This document shows, in pieces, positions 13,030-25,059 of a stretch of DNA of 64,000 nucleotides. Under the pieces are notes generated by a model, which searched no databases, had not been told where the DNA came from, and was given only the letters and a program-made list of their open reading frames with translations. Source of the DNA: Octopus vulgaris. Lineage: Eukaryota. Numbering within the stretch: position 1 is the stretch's first letter; each line of letters opens with the position of its first letter. The translations under genes and the position numbers were made by a program. The stretch is taken from positions 24,490,001-24,554,000 of the forward strand of contig OX597830.1 of NCBI GenBank assembly GCA_951406725.2, read 5' to 3'.

Positions 13030-14190
13030 TATCACTCCCTTCAATTTTGAGTAATGAACACTTAAAGGTAATTCACAAATCTGGCTTATTATATAGAGGA
13101 CGATATGGAACTCTGATGATTGATACCATTTTTCTTAAATTTTGTGAATTCTAGAGTGAATTGTGGACCATTATCAAATACTAAAAATTGGAAAAACTTG
13201 ATGTAGCTTTTGTAAAGTGGCTAAAGTTGTAGTTTAACTCATCATGAAGACCTTCAGCCATTTAGATAATGCTTCAACCATAATGAAGTAGTTACCATAT
13301 GAGGTCCTGCATAATCTACTTGAGACCAATATTTCTCAAACTGTGGCATATAAGCAGGGGTTTTTTTTTTCTTTCCAATGTGCCAGGGACTGGTAATATT
13401 AATTTATACTGGAAACAGTATAAGTTGACAAATTTTTTTTATCTTGTAAACAAATACAATATTACATAAGCATCTTCTAAGTATTGTTTTTTTCCTGGCA
13501 ACTCACTGAATACTGGCAGCTGATGGCTCGTGGACTGGCACTGGTCCACAGACCACCACTTTGAGTGGCACTGCTCTAGACCATGGTGCTTATATGAATA
13601 GGTAATTCTGAGTTCTTTGTCAAGTCTTGGCCAATAAATGTAGCATCTTGTTAAAACCTTCGTTCTTGAAGTTCTTGGATGATTTGCATAAAATTGGTCA
13701 AATACCAACTTTTTGAGACAGTTGCTGATGACTTTAATGATGGCTAATTGTACTGTTATTCCAGAGATAATCATGCTTCAAATAGAATTGTTGCATATAT
13801 TCATTGCAGAGAATTTTTCTGGCCAACCATACCTATATTTAATAACTTGTAGAACAGGTTCATTTAATGTTTCTGGTTTTACCAGCTCTAAAGTAAGAGG
13901 TAAAAATTTGATTGAATCCGTTAGCACTTGATGGATCTCAAGTTCAATATCTGTATTAGCAATTATGTTTTACTTAGTGGAATGTTCCATAACTCAAGTT
14001 TCTTGATCCTGTCTATTCCAAGGATACCTTTGTGAGGATTTTCAGTAATGTAGCAGAATGCCAAAACAATCGAAGTCAAGTCTCTCATTGAATAAAACCC
14101 TTTTTTTTTTTTTTTTGATAACTAAGCATTCTTGGCTTTTTGTTCAGTTAATAAAATGGGTGGTTTACTAGTTTTTGTGCCATGTTTCTG
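13030..14190 (-). mobile_element. Gypsy/Ty3 LTR-retrotransposon pol (integrase) remnant
   Basis: Minus-strand motifs in the expected order: HPRTSRTKVLTRCYIYWPRLDKE, VDYAGP, FIMVEALSKW, VFDNGPQFT. Interrupted near 13385-13575 by a short insert with a hAT-like end (CAGTGCCACTCAAAGTGG). Confidence 0.8.
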
Positions 14191-14399
14191 AAATCTTAAT
14201 AGCAGAAAAGTGGTATAAATTTTTGCTGCAAACTTGAACCATATAGCTCAGACTTTTCTATTCGTCCAACTTCTGGGTTAGTTGCCTTTTCCAGGACTCG
14301 GAGGTGAACATACTCTATTAGACTAAATGTTCTTCTGGGCTCCAAAGCCATAATTCCTAAATCCTTACACATTGATACATATATCATGTAATTGGATGA

Positions 14400-14620
14400 C
14401 TGTTGACTCTTGTGAGTTCATCTTCCCTTTGACAGGTCTTGTTTTTCATTCTGCAGAGTGTCCAAAAATCCCCCTACTCACCAAGCCAGTTTGATGTTGC
14501 TGCCAGTTTAGTTGGCACCAGTCTGAATGTGCAACAGGTTATACTGTACATGTTACATATAGCACTTGTGAGTGACCTCACACTATAATCACATGGTAGT
14601 AACTTTGATATAGATACCTA
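14400..14620 (-). mobile_element. RTE-like LINE 5' UTR remnant
   Basis: Homologous to 63860-64000 (CTCACCAAGC..GTTTAG..TGCAACAGGTT.TACTG). Confidence 0.45.
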
Positions 14621-15429
14621 ATGATTGGGTTCACTTTGCCCACTCTGCATACATGCTTGTGACTCCATGATTGGGAGATCCTCTTACAGTGACTGCAGGA
14701 AGATGTTTGTGTTGTGCTTGGCACCACCCTGATACAGCCTTTTTACCTGGGTTTTCTTTGGACCAACATGACAGCTTGCCCCAGATGCATTGGTGGCCTG
14801 CTGGATGGCGCAGCACCAAGCATTGCAGCCTATATGACATACGGGTTGCAGGGCAGGTCAGCATTACAAACCTTCAAGGTCTTTTTAGCATGTCTTTACA
14901 CTGCTTCTTGTGCAGACCGCTGTTATGACAACTAATCTCTGTAGAGTACAAACTTTGGTAGGTGATGGTCATTCTTTTCTTGAGGACCCTTTATTGGTGA
15001 TACATTGGATATTTAATGTGAAAATTGAATAAGTTACAAATGGTGGGCAAAAATTCAAAAGGTTACCCAAATTGTTACTCTTTTTCAGAGTACAACCTGT
15101 TTAAACTATTTCAATGAAAACAGGTACCCACAGAAATGGGGAAAGTAAACTAGCAATCTGGATTAACAATTTCTGAACATAGACTAAGAAAGGAATAAGC
15201 AGGTGAAAAGACAATAGCCCAAAACATGTGTGGACCTTTTGAACTACAGTGTTTATATACATTTATATATTTTACATCTAAATTTTACTTTTGACCTGTG
15301 GAAAGGTTCATTAGTTTGGCATTATGGATGACCTGGATAGGTCCACTGTAGTAAAACTATCAGATGATGCTGATTTTTGGTGGAATACCATAATTCTGTA
15401 TCAGCCTCCAGATAACTTCACTTTCAAAT

Positions 15430-16070
15430 CCTTTTTCTTGGAATCAACAAAATCAATGATGTGCAGGATTTATTGTGGCAGAATCCTACTTACTCAAGCC
15501 TCGATTCATCCACTGCTCTCTTCAACTACTCCACTATAAAGCTGGCCAACACCTTACTGGGGCTGACAGTAGTATGATTCCCTGCCAGTTGTTGTAGATG
15601 GTTTCTCAGGTTAAGCAGGCATCCCTTCTTCCATTCTGAGGGATTTGTTTTTGATGCCAAGCTTTTTGTTGTAGTGGATACAGCATATAGGCAGCTGTGC
15701 CTCTATTGGGATAATTCCTAGACCTGGAGCTTTACAATTCCTGAAAGATGCAATAGCCTTGCTGATCTCAGCTTTTGTAAGTGGATTCGCGTTCCCTGGT
15801 AACAACTCTTCAGTTGGAGGGATATCCAACGTATCCTCCTCAGGTATTCCATTCAAGATAGATGTGCTCCATCCAATACTTGCTCTGTTCTGTTTCACTT
15901 CTGGTTGTTCTGCCTTCCTGATCTTTCACAGATTTGCACATAGTGCCATTCTTTCCTGAAGGAACTTTGGTAATAGTGTAGTCTTCATGTCTTGTTTACT
16001 ATCTACGATCTCTGCTTCCGCTGGTAAGTTTTGCATGAGCTCTTGTTTCCACTCTTCACCTTCTTCAGAA
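15430..16070 (-). mobile_element. RTE-like LINE RT N-terminal remnant
   Basis: ORF 15611..15898 has EISKAIASFRNCKAPG; downstream GIILLSAPSKV and DFVDSKK match RT domains 0-2. Confidence 0.7.
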
Positions 16071-18619
16071 ACTAACTTGAAGTGAGGTAATTGTGAGCCT
16101 TTTTAATGGCAACATAATGCTTATTAGTGAGTGAGTGAAGGTACTTGTTAATATAATTGCATTTTACATCTTTCTTTGCTGGTATGGGTTGGACAAATTG
16201 CCCCAATCAGTGACTTGTATTTGGTTGGTCAGAGAGACCTCCTCTTACTTTCTATTTTGGCTTGGTTTCTATGGCTTGATATCCTTTCTAGCACCATTCA
16301 CTTTGGTGTACTCGGTGCAATTTTCTTGTCTCGCTACAAAGTCAAATCCATATAACAGCAAAAGTACGAAACCGAAATCATAAGCAAAAATAATTCTCAT
16401 TATGATCCACATATTAATGGAATTTATGCGAATTAAATTATTTTCTAAATTATTTTTTTAAAATTATTCATAGATCTAATTATTGCGTAAAGATGACATT
16501 AGAATTTGTACATAATTTTGTTAAAATTGAGTATACGATAATTTAATTTTTAATGTTACTTTCGATGAACTAAAATTTCTTTTGATAAAAGGATGCCACA
16601 GAATGTACAGCATAGTGATTTCAATATTTTTGTGCAACAATGCTAGTCTCATACTTTAAGGTTTGACATTTTCTAACCATTTTGAGCAAGCACATTTTTT
16701 AAATTCTAGTTACGTACATTTTAAGGCAACGGTTATAATATTTTATATACGTACTGTATTTCTCCTAATGGTGTGGCAGCCTCTAATAAACTGACATCCA
16801 AACGCTGACCAATTGAAATAGTGACTGTCACAATATCAAAAAAAGTACGATAAAATCGATAATTTTTTTTTTTTTTTTTTATCATACGGAGTGATACTGA
16901 GCAGCAGCTAGTTTACCTAAGTGACAAAATGGTCACAAGAACCTGGTCGAGCGACATGACTTTCCAATATAACAAATCACCATAGAAGCTGCAAACTTAA
17001 CCCACAACCTCCCAAAAGTAAAAGATTGCAATCATTCACCACTGAGATATATCTCAATGGCAAGATCAGATTCATATTATCCTAATAAATTCTGAAATGT
17101 GCTTAAGCTATATAGAGATACTTATCTCTCCACCTTTGTCACATTTTCCATCTGACCATCAAGCAAATGATTCAAATAATGCTTCTTGCTTTATATTGGT
17201 CGTGAAAATTCATTTCAATTTTATTCAATTTTTCCAAGAACAACAGGTAGTTAAGCAGTTTAGATGAGAAAGCTATATACTGCTTGGAAAAAGACGGCAA
17301 TGTCAATGATGTCCCATTTGCCAAATTGCGAACGATGGTGTAATGGCTTGTCTGCAATAGCCAACATGGGCAACACTGATCCTATCAATCAGAATTTCAG
17401 GCCGTAAATGTTCTGCTTATTCGGAGAATTCAACTCCGAATTAATCCTGATTGTCTATATATTCAAATCTGTTCAAATAAACAACCGGGTAATGCATAGT
17501 GTTAGTGAACACATGGTTCACTATACCAGTGTCAATGCCACACACTGCACCTCCTGATAAACGAAGCCTCCTTTTTGAGCAAGCTCTTAAACTGTTGCCG
17601 ACCACTAATAGGATGCAACGTCAGATCAGCCGTTGGTCGATACACAATCACATTTATTGTGTAACTTGGTGGCAATTGGCCTCATGTTTTCTAATGCACC
17701 TGAGCAATGTATTCTTTTCAAACACGAACATTTTCAGTCAGCAAATAAGTGCGCTTCCTAAAATCATGCACGCACTGCTGAGTACCAGCGTTAAACCTGC
17801 TGCCGATAGTTCTCAAGTTGACTACCTATTTAGTTCCTGATGATGTAATATCGTCAATTTCACGAATGACAATATCATTACTGGCCTGCATTCTTTGGCA
17901 CAACCTGTATTGTGCTGTTCCCAAAACAAGCATTTCTCTCGTTGATCAGGGAAATGTATTGCTTTGCAAGTGTTGTCAAATCTGGCCTTTTCTGATTTCG
18001 GCAAGTTGATTTCACTGACTATATTAATGGCAGCTTTACTCTTGATTTTAGCTAGTTTAATAACTTTTGACTTCACGTTACACAATGAAAGCGGCTCCAT
18101 ATTAATGCGCTCTGTCAAATAGTTGTATTCTTTCCAAGTGCTGGGATCGCACATGATCTGTGAGCTCTGGACAAGGCCACATAAGCCATAGTGTCGGAGA
18201 AAACGCCGGTGCCCAAATCAACGACACCATCGACGCTTATTCGTTGTAATTTGTGAATAGAAATTGCATATGCAACACAAATTGATCTCAAGTGATGAAC
18301 ACACCAGGTGAGGTGACAACTAATCAGCTTTGACAGTTTCGACGGAAAATACTCTTTAAACTATCAAATAGAATGTCAATGGAAGCAACCATACCAAATT
18401 TGTAGTTGAGTCTCTTGAGAGTTACCATCACTCCGTTAAAAAAACTGCTTCCCACGTATGTTGAGCTTATGCATTACTGAAGTACTAACGCCAACTTTAA
18501 GGATGGTTTCAAGGTCAAAAGTCATGGAAGTTTTTTCGCTTTGGTGGTCAACTACTTACTTTTTCTTTTTTTGACCTTTGGTTTGCCGCATATTGGAATC
18601 AAGAGCCGCAATCTCGACA

Positions 18620-21600
18620 GAACTAATTCCAAGTTTATCAAACTTGAAAGGAAAGTGTGTACTGTGATCGTTGTATTGACTATGGTTTGGGAAAATATAT
18701 TTGAATAAAATAACTAATTCCAAGCTTATCAAGCTTGAAAGGAAGGAGTGTAGTGTGATCGTTGTAATGCCCTCGATGTCTGAAAATATATTATTATAAA
18801 TGTTGTCCTTTTTTAAAAGACAACAAAGCTAAAGCATGCAGTGAAAAGCTGCTTGGCACAGATTCCACATAAAATCAGTTTTAACATTCTAGCTCACTTC
18901 TGTTTGCAACAGTGCTTGAAACCAAGGAGTGTAGTATGATCGTTGTAATGTCCTCGATGTCTGAAAATATATTATAATAAATGTTATCCTTTTTAAAAGA
19001 CAACAAAGCTAAAGCATGCAGAGTAAAGCTCCTTGGCAGAGATTCCCCATAAACTCAGTTTTAACATTCTAGCTCACTTCTGTTTGCAACAGTGCTTGAT
19101 AGCTAGGAGTGTAGTATGATCGTTCTAATGCACTCGATGTCTGAAAATATATTAGAATAAATGTTGTCCTTTTTAAAAGACAACACAAAGCATGCAGAGT
19201 AAAGCTGCTTTGTGCAGATTCCCTATAAACTTTGTCCTCACATTCTAGCTCACTTCTGTTTACAACATTGCTTGGAAGGAAGGAGTGGTGTGTGATCATT
19301 ATAATGCCCTCGATGTCTGAAAATATATTAGAATAAATGTTGTCCTTTTTAAAAGATAACAAAACTAAAGCATGCAGAGTAAAGCTGCTTTGTGCAGATT
19401 CCCTTTAAACTCTGTTCTAATATTCTAGCTCACTTCTGTTTACAACAGTGCTTGGAAGGAAGGAGTGTGTGTGATCATTATAATGTCCTCGATGTCTGAA
19501 AATATATTAGAATAAATGTTGTCCTTTTTAAAAGACAACAAAACTAAAGCATGCAGAGTAAAGCTGCTTGGTACAGATTCCCTATAAACTCTGTTCTAAC
19601 ATTCTAGCTCACTTCTATTTACAACAGTGCTTGGAAGGAAGGAGTGTTGTGTGATCATTATAATGCCCTCGATGTCTGAAAATATATTAGAATAAATGTT
19701 GTCCTTTTTAAAAGACAACAAAACTAAAGCATGCAGAGTAAGCGCTTGGTGATTCCCTTTAAACTCTGTTCTAGCTCACTTCTGTTTACAAAGTGTTGGA
19801 AGCTGCTTGTTGTCCTTTTAAAAGACAACAAAACTAAAGCACAGATTCCCTATAAACTCACTTCTGTTCAACAGTGCTTGGAAGAAGGAGTGTAGTATGA
19901 TCTATTCTTTTAGCAACAAAACTAAAGCATGCACTGCTTGGTACAGATTCCCTATAAACTCTGTTTACAACAGTGCTTGGAAGGAAGGAGTGTAGTATGA
20001 TCGTTGTAATGTCCTCGATGTCTGAAAATATATTAGAATAAATGTTGTCCTTTTTAAAAGACAACAAAACTAAAGCATGCAGAGTAAAGCTGCTTGGCAC
20101 AGATTCCCTATAAACTCTGTTCTCACATTCTAGCTCACTTCTGTTTACAACAGTGCTTGGAAGGAAGGAGTGTAGTATGATCGTTGTAATGTCCTCGATG
20201 TCTGAAAATATATTAGAATAAATGTTGTCCTTTTTAAAAGACAACAAAACTAAAGGATGCAGAGTAAAGCTGCTTGGCACAGATTCCCTATAAACTCTGT
20301 TCCCACATTCTAGCTCACTTCTGTTTACAACAGTGCTTGGAAGGAAGGAGTGTTGTGTGATCATTATAATGCCCTCGATGTCTGAAAATATATTAGAATA
20401 AATGTTGTCCTTTTTAAAAGACAACAAAACTAAAGCATGCAGAGTAAAGCTGCTTGGCACAGATTCCCTATAAACTCTGTTCTAACATTCTAGCTCACTT
20501 CTATTTACAACAGTGCTTGGAAGGAAGGAGTGGTGTGTGATCATTATAATGCCCTCGATGTCTGAAAATATATTAGAATAAATGTTGTCCTTTTTAAAAG
20601 ACAACAAAACTAAAGGATGCAGAGTAAATCTCCTTGGCACAGATTCCTTATAAACTCTGTTCTCACATTCTAGCTCACTTCTGTTTACAACAGTGCTTGG
20701 AAGGAAGGAGTGTTGTGTGATCATTATAATGCCCTCGATGTCTGAAAATATATTATTATAAATGTTGTCCTTTTTAAACAACAAAACTAAAGGATGCAAA
20801 GTAAAGCTGCTTGGTACAGATTCCCTATAAACTCTGTACTAACATTCTAGATCACTTCTATTTACAACAGTGCTTGGAAGGAAGGAGTGTTGTGTGATCA
20901 TTATAATGCCCTCGATGTCTGAAAATATATTAGAATAAATGTTGTCCTTTTTAAATGACAACAAAACTAAAGGATGCAGAGTAAAGCTGCTTGGCACAGA
21001 TTCCCTATAAACTCTGTTCCCACATTCTAGCTCACTTCTGTTTACAACAGTGCTTGGAAGGAAGGAGTGTTGTGTGATCATTATAATGCCCTCGATGTCT
21101 GAAAATATATTAGAATAAATGTTGTCCTTTTTAAAAGACAACAAAACTAAAGGATGCAGAGTAAATCTCCTTGGCACAGATTCCTTATAAACTCTGTTCT
21201 CACATTCTAGCTCACTTCTGTTTACAACAGTGCTTGGAAGGAAGGAGTGTTGTGTGATCTGATTATAATGCCCTCGATGTCTGAAAATATATTATTATAA
21301 ATGTTGTCCTTTTTAAACAACAACAAAACTAAAGGATGCAAAGTAAAGCTGCTTGGTACAGATTCCCTATAAACTCTGTTCTAACATTCTAGCTCACTTC
21401 TATTTACAACAGTGCTTGGAAGGAAGGAGTGTTGTGTGATCATTATAATGCCCTCGATGTCTGAAAAAATATTAGAATAAATGTTGTCCTTTTTAAATGA
21501 CAAGAAAACTAAAGGATGCAGAGTAAAGCTGCTTGGCACAGATTCCCTATAAACTCTGTTCCCACATTCTAGCTCACTTCTGTTTACAACAGTGCTTGGA

Positions 21601-22920
21601 AGGAAGGAGTGTTGTGTGATCATTATAATGCCCTCGATGTCTGAAAATATATTAGAATAAATGTTGTCCTTTTTAAAAGACAACAAAACTAAAGCATGCA
21701 GAGTAAAGCTGCTTGGTACAGATTCCCTTTAAACTCTGTTCTAATATTCTAGCTCACTTCTGTTTACAACAGTGCTTGGAAGGAAGGAGTGTAGTATGAT
21801 CGTTGTAATGTCCTCGTTGTCTGAAAATATATTAGAATAAATGTTGTCCTTTTTAAAAGACAACAAAACTAAAGCATGCAGAGTAAAGCTGCTTGGTACA
21901 GATTCCCTATAAACTCTGTTCTAACATTCTAGCGCACTTCTATTTACAACAGTGCTTGGAAGGAAGGAGTGTTGTGTGATCATTATAATGCCCTCGATGT
22001 CTGAAAATATATTAGAATAAATGTTGTCCTTTTTAAAAAACAAAACTAAAGGATGCAGAGTAAAGCTGCTTGGCACAGATTCCCTATAAACTCTGTTCTC
22101 ACATTCTAGCTCACTTCTATTTACAACAGTGCTTGGAAGGAAGGAGTGGTGTGTGATCATTATAATGCCCTCGATGTCTGAAAATATATTAGAATAAATG
22201 TTGTCCTTATTAAAAGACAACAAAACTAAAGCATGCATAGTAAATCTCCTTGGTACAGATTCCCTTTAAACTCTGTTCTCACATTCTAGCTCACTTCTGT
22301 TTACAACAGTGCTTGGAAGGAAGGAGTGTACTATGATCGTTGTAATGCCCTCGATGTCTGAAAATATATTAGAATAAATGTTGTCCTTATTAAAAGACAA
22401 CAAAGCTAAAGGATGCAGAGTAAATCTCCTTGGCACAGATTCCCTATAAACTCTGTTCTCACATTCTAGCTCACTTCTGTTTACAACAGTGCTTGGAAGG
22501 AAGGAGTGTTGTGTGATCATTATAATGCCCTCGATGTCTGAAAATATATTAGAATAAATGTTGTCCTTTTTAAAAGACAACAAAACTAAAGCATGCAGAG
22601 TAAAGCTGCTTGGTACAGATTCCCTATAAACTCTGTTCCCACATTCTAGCTCACTTCTGTTTACAACAGTGCTTGGAAGGAAGGAGTGTTGTGTGATCAT
22701 TATAATGCCCTCGATGTCTGAAAATATATTAGAATAAACGTTGTCCTTTTTAAAAGACAACAAAACTAAAGCATGCAGAGTAAATCTCCTTGGTACAGAT
22801 TCCCTTTCAACTCTGTTCTAATATTCTAGCTCACTTCTGTTTACAACAATGCTTGAAAGGAAGGAGTGTAGTATGATCGTTATAATGTCCTCGGTGTCTG
22901 AAAATATATTAGAATAAATT
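18620..22920. repeat. 180-bp tandem satellite, about 23 units, mariner-derived
   Basis: Unit AAAACTAAAGCATGCAGAGTAAAGCTGCTTGGCACAGATTCCCTATAAACTCTG...GTCTGAAAATATATTAGAATAAATGTTGTCC recurs every ~180 bp, with a scrambled patch at about 19740-19980. Confidence 0.97.
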
Positions 22921-22989
22921 ACCTTTAGAATAAATGGTAAATTCTTTTCCTGAGACTCTTTAATGGCCATGTATCCCTTTAGTATGTAA

Positions 22990-24370
22990 TCCATGATTAC
23001 TCACAAGGAGTGAATATAGGAGACCAATACAAAAACTGGTGTCACAAACGGATCAATGAAATGAAGCTGATAGTCCCTACATCCGGGAGACTCCATTTAC
23101 CTTGTTTCACTTGTAACTTTTAAAAATTCTCTATATCATAATCATTCATAAGGTCTTTGACTCACCATCGTTTGCAGACACCTGGTGTCAATTCTTTTCT
23201 GCCAGTGCAACACATTGCTTCCATATTCTTTCGGTCCCACTGTGTATTTTGTCCACTATAACACATAGTGTGGGGGCGCCTTTTTACAGCCTGCTGTGAC
23301 TACTTTTATTCGTTTCGTCCAGCTGTTCACCTTTTTAAACAATTTGCCATTTCGTGCATTGTAAAGCACTATGCTCTTTTTTTCTTCAGTTTGGTAGCCG
23401 GGGAATTTGAGGCTCCACTATGATTGTGTTCATTTTGTTAATGTCAGGTGATGCAGGGTGAAATTTTGTGCCTGCAAGGGAAGAGTGGGACGAAATGGGT
23501 TCGGGCATTTGGGTGGGTGTGGGATGGGGGTCCTCGTTCAGTTTGTATCTTCCTCCTTTCTGCTCTTCCTTCCAATTTCCCATCCATTCTTGGTTAGGTT
23601 TCCTTTTGTACTTCCGTTGGTGGAGGTGCAGTTTTTTTTTTTTTACGGACACTGGCGCTAATGTGACATTTTTGGTCACATTTGTAACGAGGGTCCTGCC
23701 CTCCACTCTAGACCCTGAGCGTTATATCGTCGACCATTATGGTTTTTACCATCTCTTTGCCTGAATCACCATATTCAGGGTCGGTCTGCCCCTGCCAATT
23801 CTTGTAAGCAGTGCTAGTGGTTTGGAGGATGGCTATCTTATCCTCCATGCCCAGCAATATCGCTGTCACCAGCCAGGCCACATTTATCTTAGGGTTCTTC
23901 TACCCTCACTCTAGAAGCATGCCTTCCAAAGTATATGGGTAGAAGAATTACCTTATCAGTTTTCAGGAGGGTCGCCACGTGTCACCTGGCTGTGGTTCCA
24001 TCCCAGAACCGCACCTCTACCTTTCCGAATTTTCTCTTTCTGGCCAGGTGGGAAATTTCCTGATAGGTTTTATTGCCTTTTCATTTTGCCCGTTCGTCAT
24101 TAATTCTCTGGGCCTTAACAGAATAAGTTTTGTAGGTTATCATTCTGCTCTTGGCCCCCTGGGAGGAGATACTTTTACGTCGTGCTCCTCCCTATGAGTT
24201 GTCCAGCTCTTCTGTGCTCACTTCCTTGTTGTGGCCTTTGGCCACCGCCACAAATTTCATTCTTTCCTCCTTGTCCATCTCAACAATTGCTTCGGGTAAT
24301 TCGTACCAAGGGGTAACGCACCATCAAAACTGTCGTGAGGCAGCAAAAACAGATGTGAAACCACGCGACA
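22990..24370 (-). mobile_element. ORF1 (gag-like, CCHC knuckle)-only retroposon, copy 1, decayed
   Basis: Frameshift-corrected minus-strand translation ..FGKVEVRF..VILLPIYFGRHASRV..VAWLVTAILL..VEGR.P.YKCDQKCHISAQCP; ends in a SINE/LINE-like tail; no RT recognisable. Confidence 0.65.
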
Positions 24371-24956
24371 ATTAACCTTAATGACCTTCGTCATAACACG
24401 CAAAAACGTTCAGTACTCTCAGTATGTAATTCATAAGTGTAAAGCTTTCTTTATTACCCACAACATAGAGGGGACAATACAAGGTGAGGACAAAAAACGA
24501 ATGTAAGGGATGAATAAAATAATGGATGAAAAATGAAATGAAGCCGTTCGCCACCCCCACTTCCGAGCGACTTCATTTAACTTGTTAGTACTACTTTAAA
24601 ACAAGGTTAATCTTCATCTTCCTGAAGAATGTCTATATTATAATCATCGCGAAGATCACAGTGCTCTTTCCACTTTGGTAATTGGTTGGGGGTCAATTTT
24701 CTTGACCCAGTATTCAGTCCTTATCGTAGTTTTTTCTCGACAGTTGTTCCAAGTATGCTGCCACATAATGGTATCGCCATGGTAAATCGGAAAATGTTAC
24801 CGTATTTACTTGTCTCGTGTGTCTATTTAAGGGTAAAGTTCGATTCCAGGCAGTGACCCATGTGTCTAATGGTAAAGTTCGATTCCAGGCAGTGACCTGA
24901 ATAATAATAACGAAAAATACCTTAGGAATGAGAAGCCAGGTTTGAAATTTCCCCAC

Positions 24957-25003
24957 AACACCTGATGAAGGCTGGAAGTGTATATCAGCCGAAACGTTGT
25001 GTT
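24957..25003 (+). ncRNA. Minimal type I hammerhead ribozyme (Penelope-type)
   Basis: Stem I AACAC (24957-61)/GTGTT (24999-25003); CTGATGA core 24962-68; extra A; stem II GGCTG/CAGCC; GAAA 24991-94; palindromic ACGT stem III; predicted cleavage after GUU (24998). Confidence 0.8.
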
Positions 25004-25059
25004 AACAACAAACAAGATGACAAATATCCTCAAATGTAAATAAAGTCCTTTGTTCTGTC

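Noticed and set aside
15180-15240. Possible decayed hammerheads here and at about 49420-49460
   Set aside because: Too many core mismatches and no convincing stems.
19069-22763. Minus-strand ORFs with 60-aa repeats (..SFKKDNIYSNIFSDIEG..)
   Set aside because: By-product of a 180-bp unit; frequent stops and frameshifts between units, and the unit derives from non-coding mariner termini.
18620-22920. CRISPR-like array
   Set aside because: Units repeat along their whole length with no unique spacers; eukaryotic context with no cas genes.
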